From Octopus vulgaris (taxonomy: Eukaryota): DNA of 64,000 nt. The DNA is taken from NCBI GenBank assembly GCA_951406725.2, contig OX597837.1, positions 27,776,001 through 27,840,000 of the forward strand. Reading direction: 5' to 3'. Below are positions 11,705-26,014 of the stretch, in pieces; positions within the stretch are counted from its first letter, which is position 1; every line of letters begins with the position of its first letter. The position numbers and the translations under genes were made by a program. A model generated the notes under the pieces. That model ran no database searches. It worked only from the letters and a program-made list of their open reading frames with translations, and was not told where the DNA came from.

Positions 11705-12667
11705 TTGTTAACTGTGCTGATACCCACTGATTGCTCATTTTATTGGCCCACCAGTCGCTATAGTTACCTTGCTTTTCCGTTGTATAAAACATTTTTTTCT
11801 CAGAAATCTACTTTCTTTTTATAAAACACTGATATTCATATAAAGTGAAAGTGCATTTTCACAAACCCACTCCTTCAATTGTCGTATTGCAACACGGCTA
11901 ACAAAGTAAAAGGAATTATTTTTCACCCGGACGCTATCCACTGAGGTAGATACCTATTTCTTTACTACCCACAAGGGGCTAAACACAGAGAGGACAAACA
12001 AGAACAGACAAACGGATTAAGTCGGTTATATCGACCCCAGTGCGTAACTGGTACTTAATTTATCGACCCCGAAAGGATGAAAGGCAAAGTCGACCTCGGC
12101 GGAATTTGAGCTCAGAACGCAACGGCACGAAATACTGCTAAGTAGATACCATCAGCTTCACGATTACGGAGGTAAACCTCCTTTGGAGAATAACATCTAG
12201 CTTGAACTGCAGTGGTCAGTTAGGCATACTTCTTCCAGGAGCATCAAGCAATACTAGCCAAAAGGAGAAAAAATATATTCGGAGGGGGAAAAAAAAAGCC
12301 CGATAGAGAAGCTTTGATTCGAAAGGACTCATCGAAAGAAATAACAGTACCGAGGAAGAAGGCTCGCTCCAGGTTGCATTTAATCTATCCAGGTAATAAT
12401 CCGTCTGTCTTCACTTTTTTTCCACCCGTTGTGTTTCTATTTAAATTTTCGGAACACACACACACACACACACACAAATACATACACACACATGCAAGCG
12501 CGCACACACACACACATGTATATGGACAGGTAGGTTGATATATGGACAGGTTGATATACATATGAACATGTAGGTCGATATACACACACACCTTGTCAGC
12601 ACTAATTTCGATCAGACTTATTTTCTCTCGCTTACTCTCTTTTTCTATCTGTCACTCTGTCGATCTT

Positions 12668-12758
<91 letters not shown>

Positions 12759-13029
12759 GTCTGGAGACGATCAAGAGGTGGTATTCATCAACTTTTAGAC
12801 ATTATATTATGTCAATTTATCGCCATGTTGATTCGTTAGCTACTGCACGCATTTTTTTTCTCTCCTTCTTTCTGTGTTTTTCTCTCTCTGTGTATCTTTC
12901 TGTGGAAGAGTGTAGGCTCGAAACGTTAAAGACTTGTTTTATTTATATTTCCTGAGCGCCATACTAATACAATTGTTCGTTTGTTTTCCACCTGCCTTCG
13001 TCTTTTGTTTATTTTCATAAAGCTTCCCG

Positions 13030-13075
<46 letters not shown>

Positions 13076-13124
13076 CCATATGTAATTTATATACATACAT
13101 GCATATATATATATGTATATATAA

Positions 13125-13189
<65 letters not shown>

Positions 13190-13333
13190 CATACATATGT
13201 AATATACACACACATACATACATACATACATTCATACACACATACATACATTCATATATGTATATATATATATATATATATAGATTTATTTATATGTGTG
13301 TGTGTGTGTGAGTGTGTGTGTGTGTGTGTGTCC

Positions 13334-13446
13334 CACCATCTGAAGCGCATTTGTAGAAAATATCTTTGAAAAATATCCATTTTACCGAAAGTTAAACGGA
13401 AACAAAGTCAGGGGTGGGACACACACACACACACACACATATAAAT

Positions 13447-13492
<46 letters not shown>

Positions 13493-13648
13493 TGAATGTA
13501 TGTATGTGTGTATGAATGTATGTATGTATGTATGTATGTGTGTGTATATTACATATGTATGTATGTGTATATATATATATATTATATGTAGAAAAATACA
13601 AACTGGGACAAGAACGTAAAACATAAATATATATATATATACACACAC

Positions 13649-13704
<56 letters not shown>

Positions 13705-13862
13705 GTGTGTGTATATATATATATATTTATGTTTTACGTTCTTGTCCCAGTTTGTATTTTTCTACATATAATATATATATATATATACACATACATACAT
13801 ATGTAATATACACACACATACATACATACATACATACATTCATACACACATACATACATTCA

Positions 13863-13941
<79 letters not shown>

Positions 13942-14068
13942 TTATATGTGTGTGTGTGTATGAGTGTGTGTGTGTGTGTGTGTCCCACCCCTGACTTTGT
14001 TTCCGTTTAACTTTCGGTAAAATGGATATTTTTCAAAGATATTTTCTACAAATGCGCTTCAGATGGTG
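13334..14068. repeat. Palindrome of about 730 bp made by an inverted insertion, in copy B only
   Basis: 13334-13650 is the reverse complement of about 13700-14068, centred on (TA)n; CACC microhomology at the junction. Confidence 0.9.
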
Positions 14069-15910
14069 TATTGGAATTTGTGCGCTGAAGTTTTTCTGGC
14101 TGTGGTGTGAGGATTTTCCGAAAATTCAGAAGAGTCGGCTTCATTTTCTCAGAAACGTTTAGAAAAATAGTTTTATTTTAAAATAAAATTTGCCACAAAT
14201 ACCTTTCTGGCGTGTGCAAACTAGGATTATATGAGAATTTAATGTAAGAAAAAAGGTGAGAAAAGATGGACACGCACACACATTCATACTCGTAAACATC
14301 ACAATTTTCTTCGAAATTTCCCGTTTCATTTTCGAGATATATATGTGTAAGTGTAAAACAGGTTCACACCACCCACTTCCTGGTTTTTTTGTCCGAAGAA
14401 ATTTTGATGTGGGAAATTACGATTTTTCCCCCAAATCAAGTTTAATTTAAGAAAAGCGGTGAAAAAAGTTTGGGTATGTATACTGACATCTATATCTATA
14501 AAACTGTAGTTGTGTGAGTGTCTGTCCCCTTCGATTTAGATTCCTAACTACTCCCACATTTTGCGGTGCAATTTAACCAAATTCGGGTATCTTATAGTCG
14601 TGATTCATATCGAGCCCGTCTGGGTATTAGCGCGCGTGTACGATGAGTCTACGATTTTAAAAATAATTTAACATAATTTTTTATTCCATTTTAATGCATA
14701 ATTTTTCGTGTGTCGATGGCGGCGGAGTTGGCGTCCACGCTCAAACACCTGCACCTGTGTTTGCTTCTCCCCTTTCTTCCCTCCCTCGTGAAGCTGTGGG
14801 GAAGGGAGTGTAAGGAAATCAACGTCGAAAAGCGCTGTCAAGGAGACCAGCGTTCTTTTAGAACAACGACTTCATGGCTTGAAGACACCAAAGCAGAATT
14901 GGCATCTATAAGGGAAGTAACTCTCTAAAAATGCAACGCCGGGCGATACTGCTAGTATATTACAATATTCTTCGAAATATCTAGTTTCATGTAGTAGGTA
15001 TATGTGATATGTGTTCAGGATATATATATGTACCATTTTTCTCGTCCTGGTGCGCCGGATCCAGTGGCAAGACAAAGTCAAGACGGCTGGGGGTAGACCA
15101 GGTTGCAGGAGCTGCCGGAAGGTGGCATGCATGGCGCAATCCAACCGCCTTAGGGGCTCCACTCTGGGTTTTGGATGGCCATTGACTCATGAGAGAGTTC
15201 CTCTGCCCTTTGTCAGGTTTTGCTTTTAGTCCTGCTGGGTGTCCAAATCACCCTCCTCACCAAGAAATCTTGGTGGGGTTGCCAGTTTAGTCGCCAACGA
15301 TCCGACCATGTAACAGGTTGTCCTGGGTTACATGTTACCAGTAGCTCCAAGGTTGGGTACGTATACTGACATATATTACAATTTTCTTCGAAATATCTAG
15401 TTTCATATAGTAGGTATATGTGATATGTGTTCAGGATATATATATGTACCCTTTAGTTTTTTATTGTCACTTCTAGTATAATCGTGTCCGACACGTGTGA
15501 ATTTTCTGAAACTGTTCTCCCCACACCTCTCTTTTGCTCTTTTACTCTTTTACTGGTTTCAGTCATTTGACTGCGGCCATGCTGGAGCACCGCCTTTAGT
15601 AGAGCAAATCTACCCCCGGGACTTATTCTTTGTAAGCCCAGTACTTACTCTATCGGTCTATTTTGCCGAACCGCTAAGTGACGGGGACGTAAACACACCA
15701 GCATCGGTTGTCAAGCAATGCTAGGGGGACAAACACAGACACACAAACACACTCATACATATATATATATATATATATATATGTGTGTATTTTAAGCAGC
15801 AGAAAATTCAACAATTTGCTGCTTAAAATAAAGCATATTACTCTACCACTGGTATTTGAGTACTCTTTTTTCCACCTTGTTTCACATTTATGTGTTTACT
15901 CCGGTATATA

Positions 15911-15959
<49 letters not shown>

Positions 15960-18635
15960 GACAGGCTTCTTTCAGTTTCCGTCTACCAAATCCACTCACA
16001 AGACATTGGTCGGCCCCGGGCTATAGCAGAAGACACTTGCCCAAAATACCACGCAGTGGGACTGAACCCGGAAACATGTGGTTGGTTAGCAAGCTACTTA
16101 CCACACAGCCACTCCTGCGCCTATAATTTACACCTGGTAATTTTTTGTTTCTTTTCATAATACAATCGAAATAAACACTATCTGAAACGTATTTATAAAA
16201 AAATGTCATTAAAAAATACCCATATTTTCAAAGTTATGAAGAAGCAAAGTCAGTGCGTGGGGTACACACTTGTGTAGAGTTTACATGGTTGTTAAAATTT
16301 CTGTGCACTAGATTGATTATGCTTCTACTATACACAAAACAATTTTTATAGTTAGCTAGTTTGGCCGTCTGCCCGGACACTTGAATGCTGTTACGTGAGC
16401 ACGCCATCCATCACAGTCCTCCATGTATGTTCTTAATTCGTTAACGTTTGCCATTCTACTCTCCTGAAGCAAGGTGTCCACATAGGTTAGACATCTTCTT
16501 CCCCTGTTGATCCTTCCTTCAACTGACTGCCACGTGACTAGTTGATACACAGATTCTTCTGACTGCCAGCAATTTCCATTCTTCTCTACTGGATCTTCTC
16601 AGTCACTTTGGGTAGATCTTACTCCCAGAGCAGCTTTATGAAGAGGATCTACAAAGACTAGGGAGAAGTGAAGCTAACATGCTCTGTATGATGTGAAGTG
16701 CCATCCTGAAAGTATGACAAAGTTATAGGAGCACTCCGTCGGTTACCACGATGAGGGTCCCAGCTGATACGATCAACGGAACAGCTTGCTCGTGGAATTA
16801 ACGTGCAAGTGGCTGAGCACTCCACAGACACGTGTACCCTTAACGTAGTTCTCGGGGAGATTCAGCGTGACACAGAGTGTGACAAGGCTGGCCCTTTGAA
16901 ATACAGGTACAACAGAAACAGGAAGAAAGAGTGAGAGAAAGTTGTGGTGAAAGAGTACAGCCGGATTCACCCCCCCTGCAGGAGCGTTGTGAAGCTTTAG
17001 GTGTTTTCGCTCAATAAACACTCACAATGTCCGGTCTGGGAATCGAAACCGCGATCCTACGACCGCGAGTCTGCTGCCCTAATCACTGGGCCATTGTGCC
17101 TCCACTATGACAAAGTACAGATTGGTTGAGACAGGAATCAGATATTATTGTGCAAGGATGTGACATGCAAGAGAGACGTTTGCGCTAGTATGGTCATGTA
17201 CTACGGATGAATGAGGAGAGATGTGTGAAGAAGTACCACTCCCAAACAGTTGAAGGAATCTGAGGTAGAGGTGGACCCAGGAAGACATGGAATGAGGTGA
17301 TCAAGCTTGACCTTCGAACGTTGGGCCTCACAGAAGCAATGACGAAAGACCTCTGGAGATATGCTGTGACTGCGAAGATGAAATAGTGCTAAGCATTTTG
17401 CCCGGTATGTTAACGTTTCTGCCAGCTCGCCACCTTTCACACAATATTTCACACAAGATGCCATCCATTAGAATCCCCCATGCATGTTCTTAATTCGTTA
17501 ACATTTACCATTCTACTGTCCTGAAGCAAGGTGTCCACATAGGTTAGACATCTTCTTCCCCTGTTCATCCTTCCTTCAACTGACTGCCACGAGACCAGTT
17601 GATACACTCATTCTTCTGACTGCCTGACGCAACGACCAGCAATTTCCATTCTTCTCTAATGGATCTTCTCAGTCACTTTGGATAGATTTTGATAAAGCTG
17701 CTCGTTGGTTAAATGAGCTCTCCATGTAGCATTCAGATCCATTCTTAACATTCTTGCGTAGCAACCGTCTATTTGTTTCTCAAGCCTTCTGGTGAGGGTT
17801 CAAGCTTTAGCACCGTATATATTTCGTTACTACCCATAAGGGGCTAAACATAGAGGGGACAAACAAGGACAGACAAATCGACCCCAGTGCGAAACTGGTA
17901 CTTTATTTATCGACCCCGAGGGGATGAAAGGCAATGTCGACCTCGGCGGAATTTGAACTCAGAACGTAACGACATATGAAATACCCATTTCTCTATTACC
18001 CACAAGGGGCTAAACATAGAGGGGACAAACAAGGACAGACAAACGGATTAAGTCGATTACATCGACCCCAGTGCATAACTGGTACTTAATTTATCGACCC
18101 CGAGGGTATGAAAGGCAATGTCGACCTCGGCGGAATTTGAACTCAGAACGTAACGACAGACGAAATACCGCTAAGCATTTCGCCCGGCGCGCTAACGTTT
18201 CTGCCAGCTCGCCGCCTTTTCTTCAGCACCGTATAACAAAACTGAATCTACCGTGGAGATAAAAAAAATAATTTTCAATTCATGTGTCAACCTGGAACTT
18301 CAGATCTTACGCAGTTTGTGATTTTTATAAATTCCTAATAATTAAGATCTAAAATGTGAGATCATCTTTACCCTGATGACAGAGTCCCGTCTTATCCAAT
18401 GTCAATTGCATCCATACGGCCGCATATTGTGATGAACTAAATCTACCAGCATTATTATGGACCGAATCCCCAGAAACAGATGTTGGGCTTATATCACCCT
18501 TCTTACATCCTTTTAATTTTCTCTGTCGTTTGTACTCCGTGAAAGTTGGACCTAGTTTATACTTACATGTTTATACTTAAAAATTCATCATCTGAAAGTC
18601 TTCACCTCTTGCTTTCTCTCGTTTTGTGTGTGTAC

Positions 18636-18679
<44 letters not shown>

Positions 18680-18883
18680 GGAAGGTTTACGAAAATAAAC
18701 AAAAGACGAAGGCAGGTGGAGTACAAACAAACAAATGTATTAGTATGGCGCTCAGGAATCGAAATATAACGAGTATTTTACGTTTCGAGCCTACGCTCTT
18801 CGACAGAAAGATACTCAGAAAAGAAACAAGGAGAGAAACAAATTGCGTGTAGGAGCTAACGATCCAACATGGCGTTCACTATA

Positions 18884-18938
<55 letters not shown>

Positions 18939-21145
18939 AAATGAAGAAAATGCTGACAAAATAATTTAAGTAATTTAAGTAATTTAATTAGGTGAAAGTT
19001 CTTTTTACCGGTTGCGCATTTGTTATGCTTATCAAAAGATAGATTTTTTCCTCTTATCTCTTTCCAGATAAGAGGAAAAAAATCTATCTTTTGATAAGCA
19101 TAGCAAATGTGCAACCGGTAAAAGAACTTCACCTAATTAAATGACTTAAATTGCTTAAATTATTTTGTCAGCATTTTCTTCATTTCCTTTTTTATATATC
19201 ACAACTCGTGTTCCACATCTCCTTTTTTAAATATATATATATATATATATATATTGTATTTCATACTCAAACTAATACATTTAATATATTTGATGTATCC
19301 AATTTGCCTGGTGGGGGAGAGAAAGAGAAAATTTAGGAGTGTTAGGAAATTAGAATTAGGATAAAAGAAGAAAAGAAGAAAGAGAGAGAGAGAGAGAGAA
19401 TAGAGTTTTACTGTTGAGTCATGAACTATCAATTTACCTGGAGCTATTATGTTCTCTCCACTGCCCTCTCGTTCTCCTCTCCTTCTTCTCATTCTCCCTC
19501 TCTTTCTTCTTGTCTCCTTTTCTCCTAACCCTCCTAAATTTTCTCTTTCTCTCCCCCACCAGGCAATTTAGATACATCAAATATATTAAATGTATTTGTT
19601 TGAGTATGAAATACTTTAACTCTTTAACTCTTTTAAATGTATATACAGGATGTCCCAATAACTTACAGTTGACCAAATAAATTACCCCAGTCTATATTCA
19701 CAAAACCTTCGCCTGACAAGCCTCGATTTTACAAATTTTTTTCTCCTACTCCCCCACCTCTCCTTTTCTTTATTCTTATTTTTTTTCTTAACACCTTCAG
19801 ACATTTTCCCACTTCCATATATTGGGTCAATAAATACTTGACAGTACATTTTTAATCAACCAAATATGAACCATTTTGTTGCACAATGCGTCGCCATCTT
19901 TCCTTTAACTTGAAAATACCCTCGTCCCAGAACTAAGGTGGTTTACTCTTTTACTCTTTACTCTTTTACTTGTTTCAGTCATTTGACTGCGGCCATGCTG
20001 GAGCACCGCCTTTAGTCGAGCAAATCGACCCCGGGACTTATTCTTTGTAAGCCCAGTACTTATTCTATCGGTCTTTTTTGCCGAACCGCTAAGTGACAGG
20101 TTTCATGGCAAAGAATTCATCAAAGTACCAAGGAAATGAAATTTTTACCATTAAGACTGTTCTGTAGAGCCCTGAATAAGTGGAAATCCGATGGAGCAAT
20201 ATCTGGTGAATATGGAGGGTGGGGTAACACATCCCAGTCGAGCCGCAGCAATTTTTGTCTGGTTCCCAAAGCATCAAGTGGCGAAGATGAACTTTCTTAT
20301 CTTCCATTTTAAAGGGTTACAGAATTAACACAGGTTGTAGGAAGATAAACCTTCTTCCACGAAAAGATAGTTTAAACTGTGCTCTAAATAGAGGTGTAGT
20401 CAAATCCTATTTTGTGGATTCAACCATGTTCTAAAATAAGTCGAAAGGTAAGCTACTATAAATCGGTACGAACTTTCCGGACAACCCAATATTATTTCTT
20501 CACTCATAGGCTTTTCGTTTCTTTTCTGTTCTTTCACTTCGTGTTTTCCAGGACAAGTAAACACAGAGAATGGACCCTTCATCAGTTGTCAGCTGTCTAG
20601 CTACTCCTCATTTCGAGCATTCAGCGGCAATACACGCACACTGAGGAACAGCACTAATTTCAGTCAGCTATCTTCTCTCTCGATCTATCTATTGATCTAT
20701 CGGTTCACTTCTCAGGCAGTATACTCTAGCTACGTCCTTCTTTCAAATTTGGTGTAGCAACAGATTTGGCCCTTCGTTGCGAGAGGAGTGCAAGTGTTAA
20801 GAGTAAACGGATCGACAGAAGTCTGTGATGGAGTCATAGAAAGGCGAAGGGTGATACAGAACGAGAGCTAACTGAGAGATAGTTACCAATGGCTGTAGAA
20901 GTTGGGTGGCCACAAGAAGCAGAAGATGAATTATAAGAAATTATAAGAAATTTGAATTAGAGTGACTGGAAGTCTTGTTTGCATACGACGCTTACGATTT
21001 TTTTTCAGCTGTATAATACCAAATTTGGTATGAGGGTTTTTCATTAATCGGGGAAGATTGTAGTGGGTCAAATTTTGGCCCTTGCACATATAGAGGTCTG
21101 TAGCCGCCCCCATACGACCCTTCCGATTTCTTTGCAACGGTAAAA

Positions 21146-23965
21146 TAGTTTCACTTATATTCTTTCATTTCTCATAAAACTATAGTTTCATTCTATTCTT
21201 TCATTTCTCATAAAACTATAGTTTCATTCTATTCTTTCATTTCTCATAAAACTATAGTTTCATTCTATTCTTTCATTTCTCATAAAACTATAGTTTCATT
21301 CTATTCTTTCACTTCTCATAAAACTATAGTTTCATTCTATTCTTTCACTTTTCATAAAACTATAGTTTCATTCTATTCTTTCATTTCTCATAAAACTATA
21401 GTTTCATTCTATTCTTTCATTTCTCATAAAACTATAGTTTCATTCTATTCTTTCATTTCTCATAAAACTATAGTTTCATTCTATTCTTTCACTTCTCATA
21501 AAACTATAGTTTCATTCTATTCTTTCACTTCTCATAAAAGTATAGTTTCATTCTATTCTTTCATTTCTCATAAAACTATAGTTTCATTCTATTCTTTCAT
21601 TTCTCATAAAACTATAGTTTCATTCTATTCTTTCACTTTTCATAAAACTATAGTTTCATTCTATTCTTTCACTTCTCATAAAACTATAGTTTCATTCTAT
21701 TCTTTCATTTCTCATAAAACTATAGTTTCATTCTATTCTTTCATTTCTCATAAAACTATAGTTTCATTCTATTCTTTCATTTCTCATAAAACTATAGTTT
21801 CATTCTATTCTTTCACTTCTCATAAAACTATAGTTTCATTCTATTCTTTCACTTTTCATAAAACTATAGTTTCATTCTATTCTTTCATTTCTCATAAAAC
21901 TATAGTTTCATTCTATTCTTTCATTTCTCATAAAACTATAGTTTCATTCTATTCTTTCACTTCTCATAAAACTATAGTTTCATTCTATTCTTTCACTTCT
22001 CATAAAACTATAGTTTCATTCTATTCTTTCATTTCTCATAAAACTATAGTTTCATTCTATTCTTTCATTTCTCATAAAACTATAGTTTCATTCTATTCTT
22101 TCACTTCTCATAAAACTATAGATTCATTCTATTCTTTCATTCTCATAAAACTATAGTTTCATTCTATTCTTTCATTTCATAAAACTATAGTTTCATTCTA
22201 TTCTTTCATTTCATAAAACTATAGTTTCATTCTATTCTTTCATTCTCATAAAACTATAGTTTCATTCTATTCTTTCATTTTCATTTCATTTCATTTCATA
22301 AAACTATAGTTTCATTCTATTCTTTCACTTTTCATAAAACTATAGTTTCATTCTATTCTTTCACTTCTCATAAAACTATAGTTTCATTCTATTCTTTCAT
22401 TTCTCATAAAACTATAGTTTCATTCTATTCTTTCACTTTTCATAAAACTATAGTTTCATTCTATTCTTTCATTTCTCATAAAACTATAGTTTCATTCTAT
22501 TCTTTCACTTCTCATAAAACTATAGTTTCATTCTATTCTTTCACTTCTCATAAAACTATAGTTTCATTCTATTCTTTCATTTCTCATAAAACTATAGTTT
22601 CATTCTATTCTTTCACTTCTCATAAAACTATAGTTTTATTCTATTCTTTCACTTCTCATAAAACTATAGTTTCATTCTATTCTTTCATTTCTCATAAAAC
22701 TATAGTTTCATTCTATTCTTTCATTTCTCATAAAACTATAGTTTCATTCTATTCTTTCATTTCTCATAAAACTATAGTTTCATTCTATTCTTTCATTTCT
22801 CATAAAACTATAGTTTCATTCTATTCTTTCATTTCTCATAAAACTATAGTTTCATTCTATTCTTTCATTTCTCATAAAACTATAGTTTCATTCTATTCCA
22901 TCACTTCTCATAAAACTATAGTTTCATTCTATTCTTTCATTTCTCATAAAACTATAGTTTCATTCTATTCTTTCACTTCTCATAAAACTATAGTTTCATT
23001 CTATTCTTTCACTTCTCATAAAACTATAGTTTCATTCTATTCTTTCATTTCTCATAAAACTATAGTTTCATTCTATTCTTTCATTTCTCATAAAACTATA
23101 GTTTCATTCTATTCTTTCACTTCTCATAAAACTATAGTTTCATTCTATTCTTTCATTTCTCATAAAACTATAGTTTCATTCTATTCTTTCACTTTTCATA
23201 AAACTATAGTTTCATTCTATTCTTTCACTTCTCATAAAACTATAGTTTCATTCTATTCTTTCATTTCTCATAAAACTATAGTTTCATTCTATTCTTTCAC
23301 TTTTCATAAAACTATAGTTTCATTCTATTCTTTCATTTCTCATAAAACTATAGTTTCATTCTATTCTTTCACTTCTCATAAAACTATAGTTTCATTCTAT
23401 TCTTTCACTTCTCATAAAACTATAGTTTCATTCTATTCTTTCATTTCTCATAAAACTATAGTTTCATTCTATTCTTTCACTTCTCATAAAACTATAGTTT
23501 TATTCTATTCTTTCACTTCTCATAAAACTATAGTTTCATTCTATTCTTTCATTTCTCATAAAACTATAGTTTCATTCTATTCTTTCTATATATTCTCATC
23601 AAAACTATAGTTTCATTCTATTCTTTCATTTCTCATAAAACTATAGTTTCATTCTCTTCTTTCATTTCTCATAAAACTATAGTTTCATTCTATTCTTTCA
23701 TTTCTCATAAAACTATAGTTTCATTCTATTCTTTCATTTCTCATAAAACTATAGTTTCATTCTATTCCATCACTTCTCATAAAACTATAGTTTCATTCTA
23801 TTCTTTCATTTCTCATAAAACTATAGTTTCATTCTATTCTTTCACTTTTCATAAAACTATAATATTGTTTCGCTTTTATTCTTTCACTTTTCATAAAACT
23901 ATAATATTGTTTCGCTTTTATTCTTTCACTTTTCATAAAACTATAATATTGTTTCACTTTTCTAC
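21146..23965. repeat. 36-bp tandem satellite, roughly 75-78 units
   Basis: Same unit and flanks as 8876-10095. Confidence 0.97.
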
Positions 23966-24586
23966 TTTCACTGATTGCTTCACTCGTATTCTTACTGTCT
24001 GTGTGTATGTGTGTGTGTGTTTCCTCTATGCATGGCTAAACCGCTGGATAAATTTGAACCAAATTTGGCGGTCTGGAAATTACGTCGGTTTTGTTTTATC
24101 GTTTTATGGTGAAAGAAGCTCTGTGGTGGCACCGTCTGAAAGGTTTGAAGACTGACATTTTTCTATCTGATCGAGCTTTCATCAACTTTTTAAAATATTC
24201 TTTGAGGAAGAATGTGAGAGCAGAGAAGGAGGTGGTGCTTTGAAAAGTGGGTGGGAGCGGTAAGAATGGTGATGCTGCACCGACCTACTCTGAGAATGCT
24301 TTTCTAATATGAAGAAAAGAAACTGGATAATGACGCTTCCCTTGGTAGAATAAAGGGCTTTTCGTTTTGGACTTTTCTTGAATTACCCTAAGAGGACCAC
24401 CCTGCTATTGGCCAGTCTGTTTATTAATTACTTGTTTTCCTAATTTTCCTTCTTGTATCCTTTTGTTATATTCTTAATGTGCCTCCTCTTGATCGATGTA
24501 AACCTCACCTGTTTTGCATTGCATCACGTCCTTTGATATTGTCCTTCCACGTTTTGAGTCCTTGTGGCCAATAAAAGAAAGCTTAA

Positions 24587-24596
24587 TGATCATCAC

Positions 24597-24645
<49 letters not shown>
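24587..24645. repeat. (ATC)n microsatellite
   Basis: Direct reading. Confidence 0.95.
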
Positions 24646-24680
24646 TTTGTTTACATAATTTTTACATAAATGCTTCTTCT

Positions 24681-24751
24681 GCTTTTGCAGGGAAGGGGTA
24701 AAAGCCAGACACACAGACAGACACACGCACGTGAAGAGCGGTGATATAAAA
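24681..24751 (+). promoter_or_regulatory. Candidate 5' signals of the SLCO gene: splice acceptor (TTTTGCAG, 24690) and/or E-box CACGTG (24728-24733) plus TATAAAA (24745-24751)
   Basis: Motifs seen 100-170 nt upstream of the ATG; short motifs, function not demonstrated. Confidence 0.3.
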
Positions 24752-24854
24752 ATCAAGTATATATACACACTGACCTGATTAAAACAAGAAATTACATAAG
24801 AAATAGTAAACTGTTAATTTAAAAAAAAAAAGTCAATCTTCGATATTTGCTGAG

Positions 24855-25701
24855 ATGGAAAGCAATTTACATGAAAATGGCTTGAAGAGGCAAGACCACG
24901 AGGAAGTGAAATTACATAACATGAAACCTGTTGATAGTAACTTGAACGACAATAATTCAGAGAAAATTTACGAGAGAGACAATTTATTTGCCGATGCTCA
25001 TCATGAACAAGAACAACAACAAACGTTAATGAATACTGATATGAAATCAATGGAAGCAGACGACGACACAAATGGAGAAAATACATGTTGTTTTATATGG
25101 AAGTATATAACGTTTAATCGGGGGTTAAACATTGCAACGTTCACAATTTTAGGGGCTCTTACCAATTTTATGACATATTCGGTGCCTAGTTATATTTCAT
25201 CGCAGGTAAGCTCTTTAGAGAAACAGTTCGGATTGTCCAGTGCTGAGTTTGGATTTATTAACAGTGCCAATGATATTGGTTTTTTGCTTGTCGTTCTTCT
25301 AGCTAGTCATTTCGGAAGAGATGCGCACATACCCAAACTGTTCTCTGTCTTAACATTATTTGTAGGTGTCACTGTCGGTTGCATGAGCTTAACTTACCTC
25401 TTACGTCCAATCAGTTATTTAGAACTGTTGGAAAATTCAGCTTCACTGAACGGCACCATTGGAAATAACTCTGTAAACGTTACAGCGGCAACGGCAAACA
25501 TATACCTGTGTTCTGATGGCAAGTCACGTATTGTTGAAGAGGCGAACTGTGCGAGTAATCAGGTAAAGAGTCACTCGGCATATTTCTTGTTTGTCTTCTT
25601 CATGATAGCACTAGGTATATGCAAAGGCCCAAGATCATCCCTTTTCCCAACCTACATTGATAACAATGTGCCTGAAAAACATCACTCTGCTATCTTTATC
25701 G
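24855..25701 (+). CDS. SLCO: OATP/SLCO organic anion transporter, coding exon 1 (N-terminus, TM1-4)
   Basis: Motifs SSLEKQFGLSS, INSANDIG, TYIDNNV; donor G|GTAAGT, phase 1; symbol is family-level only. Confidence 0.93.
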
Positions 25702-25760
25702 GTAAGTAAAACCTTGTTTCGTTTCTCATACGTTTGACATATACCTATATGATCCCCACC

Positions 25761-25854
<94 letters not shown>

Positions 25855-25939
25855 TTAGAGACAAAACCACTATTTTGCAAAACAAACAAGGAAAGACTTA
25901 ATCAATACATAAAATTTGAATAAAAAGTCAAAAAAACCG

Positions 25940-25982
25940 CCACTACAATTGTTTCTTGTCTTGATCGACAATCTTCAGGTGG
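25940..25982 (-). ncRNA. Type I hammerhead ribozyme motif with canonical core, in a Penelope-like terminal fragment
   Basis: Minus strand CCAC-CTGAAGA-TTGTC-GATCAA-GACAA-GAAA-CAATTG-TA-GTGG: stems I and II paired, palindromic stem III ACAATTGT, GUA cleavage triplet. Confidence 0.8.
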
Positions 25983-26014
25983 ACTTCCAATAAGTCAGTT
26001 TCAAATTATATATA

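Larger units (their letters stand above)
11780..24253 (+). repeat. Copy B of the tandem duplication (unit probably starts near 10382)
   Basis: Colinear with 1-10381; differs by scattered SNPs, microsatellite lengths, a longer 36-bp array and an inverted insertion at about 13334-13650. Confidence 0.95.

Noticed and set aside
8876-23965. 36-bp repeats reading GTTTC...AAAAC, superficially like a type II CRISPR repeat
   Set aside because: Units are contiguous with no unique spacers, there are no cas genes, and the context is eukaryotic
24583-24768. Poly-Asp ORF on the minus strand
   Set aside because: Translation of the (ATC)n microsatellite
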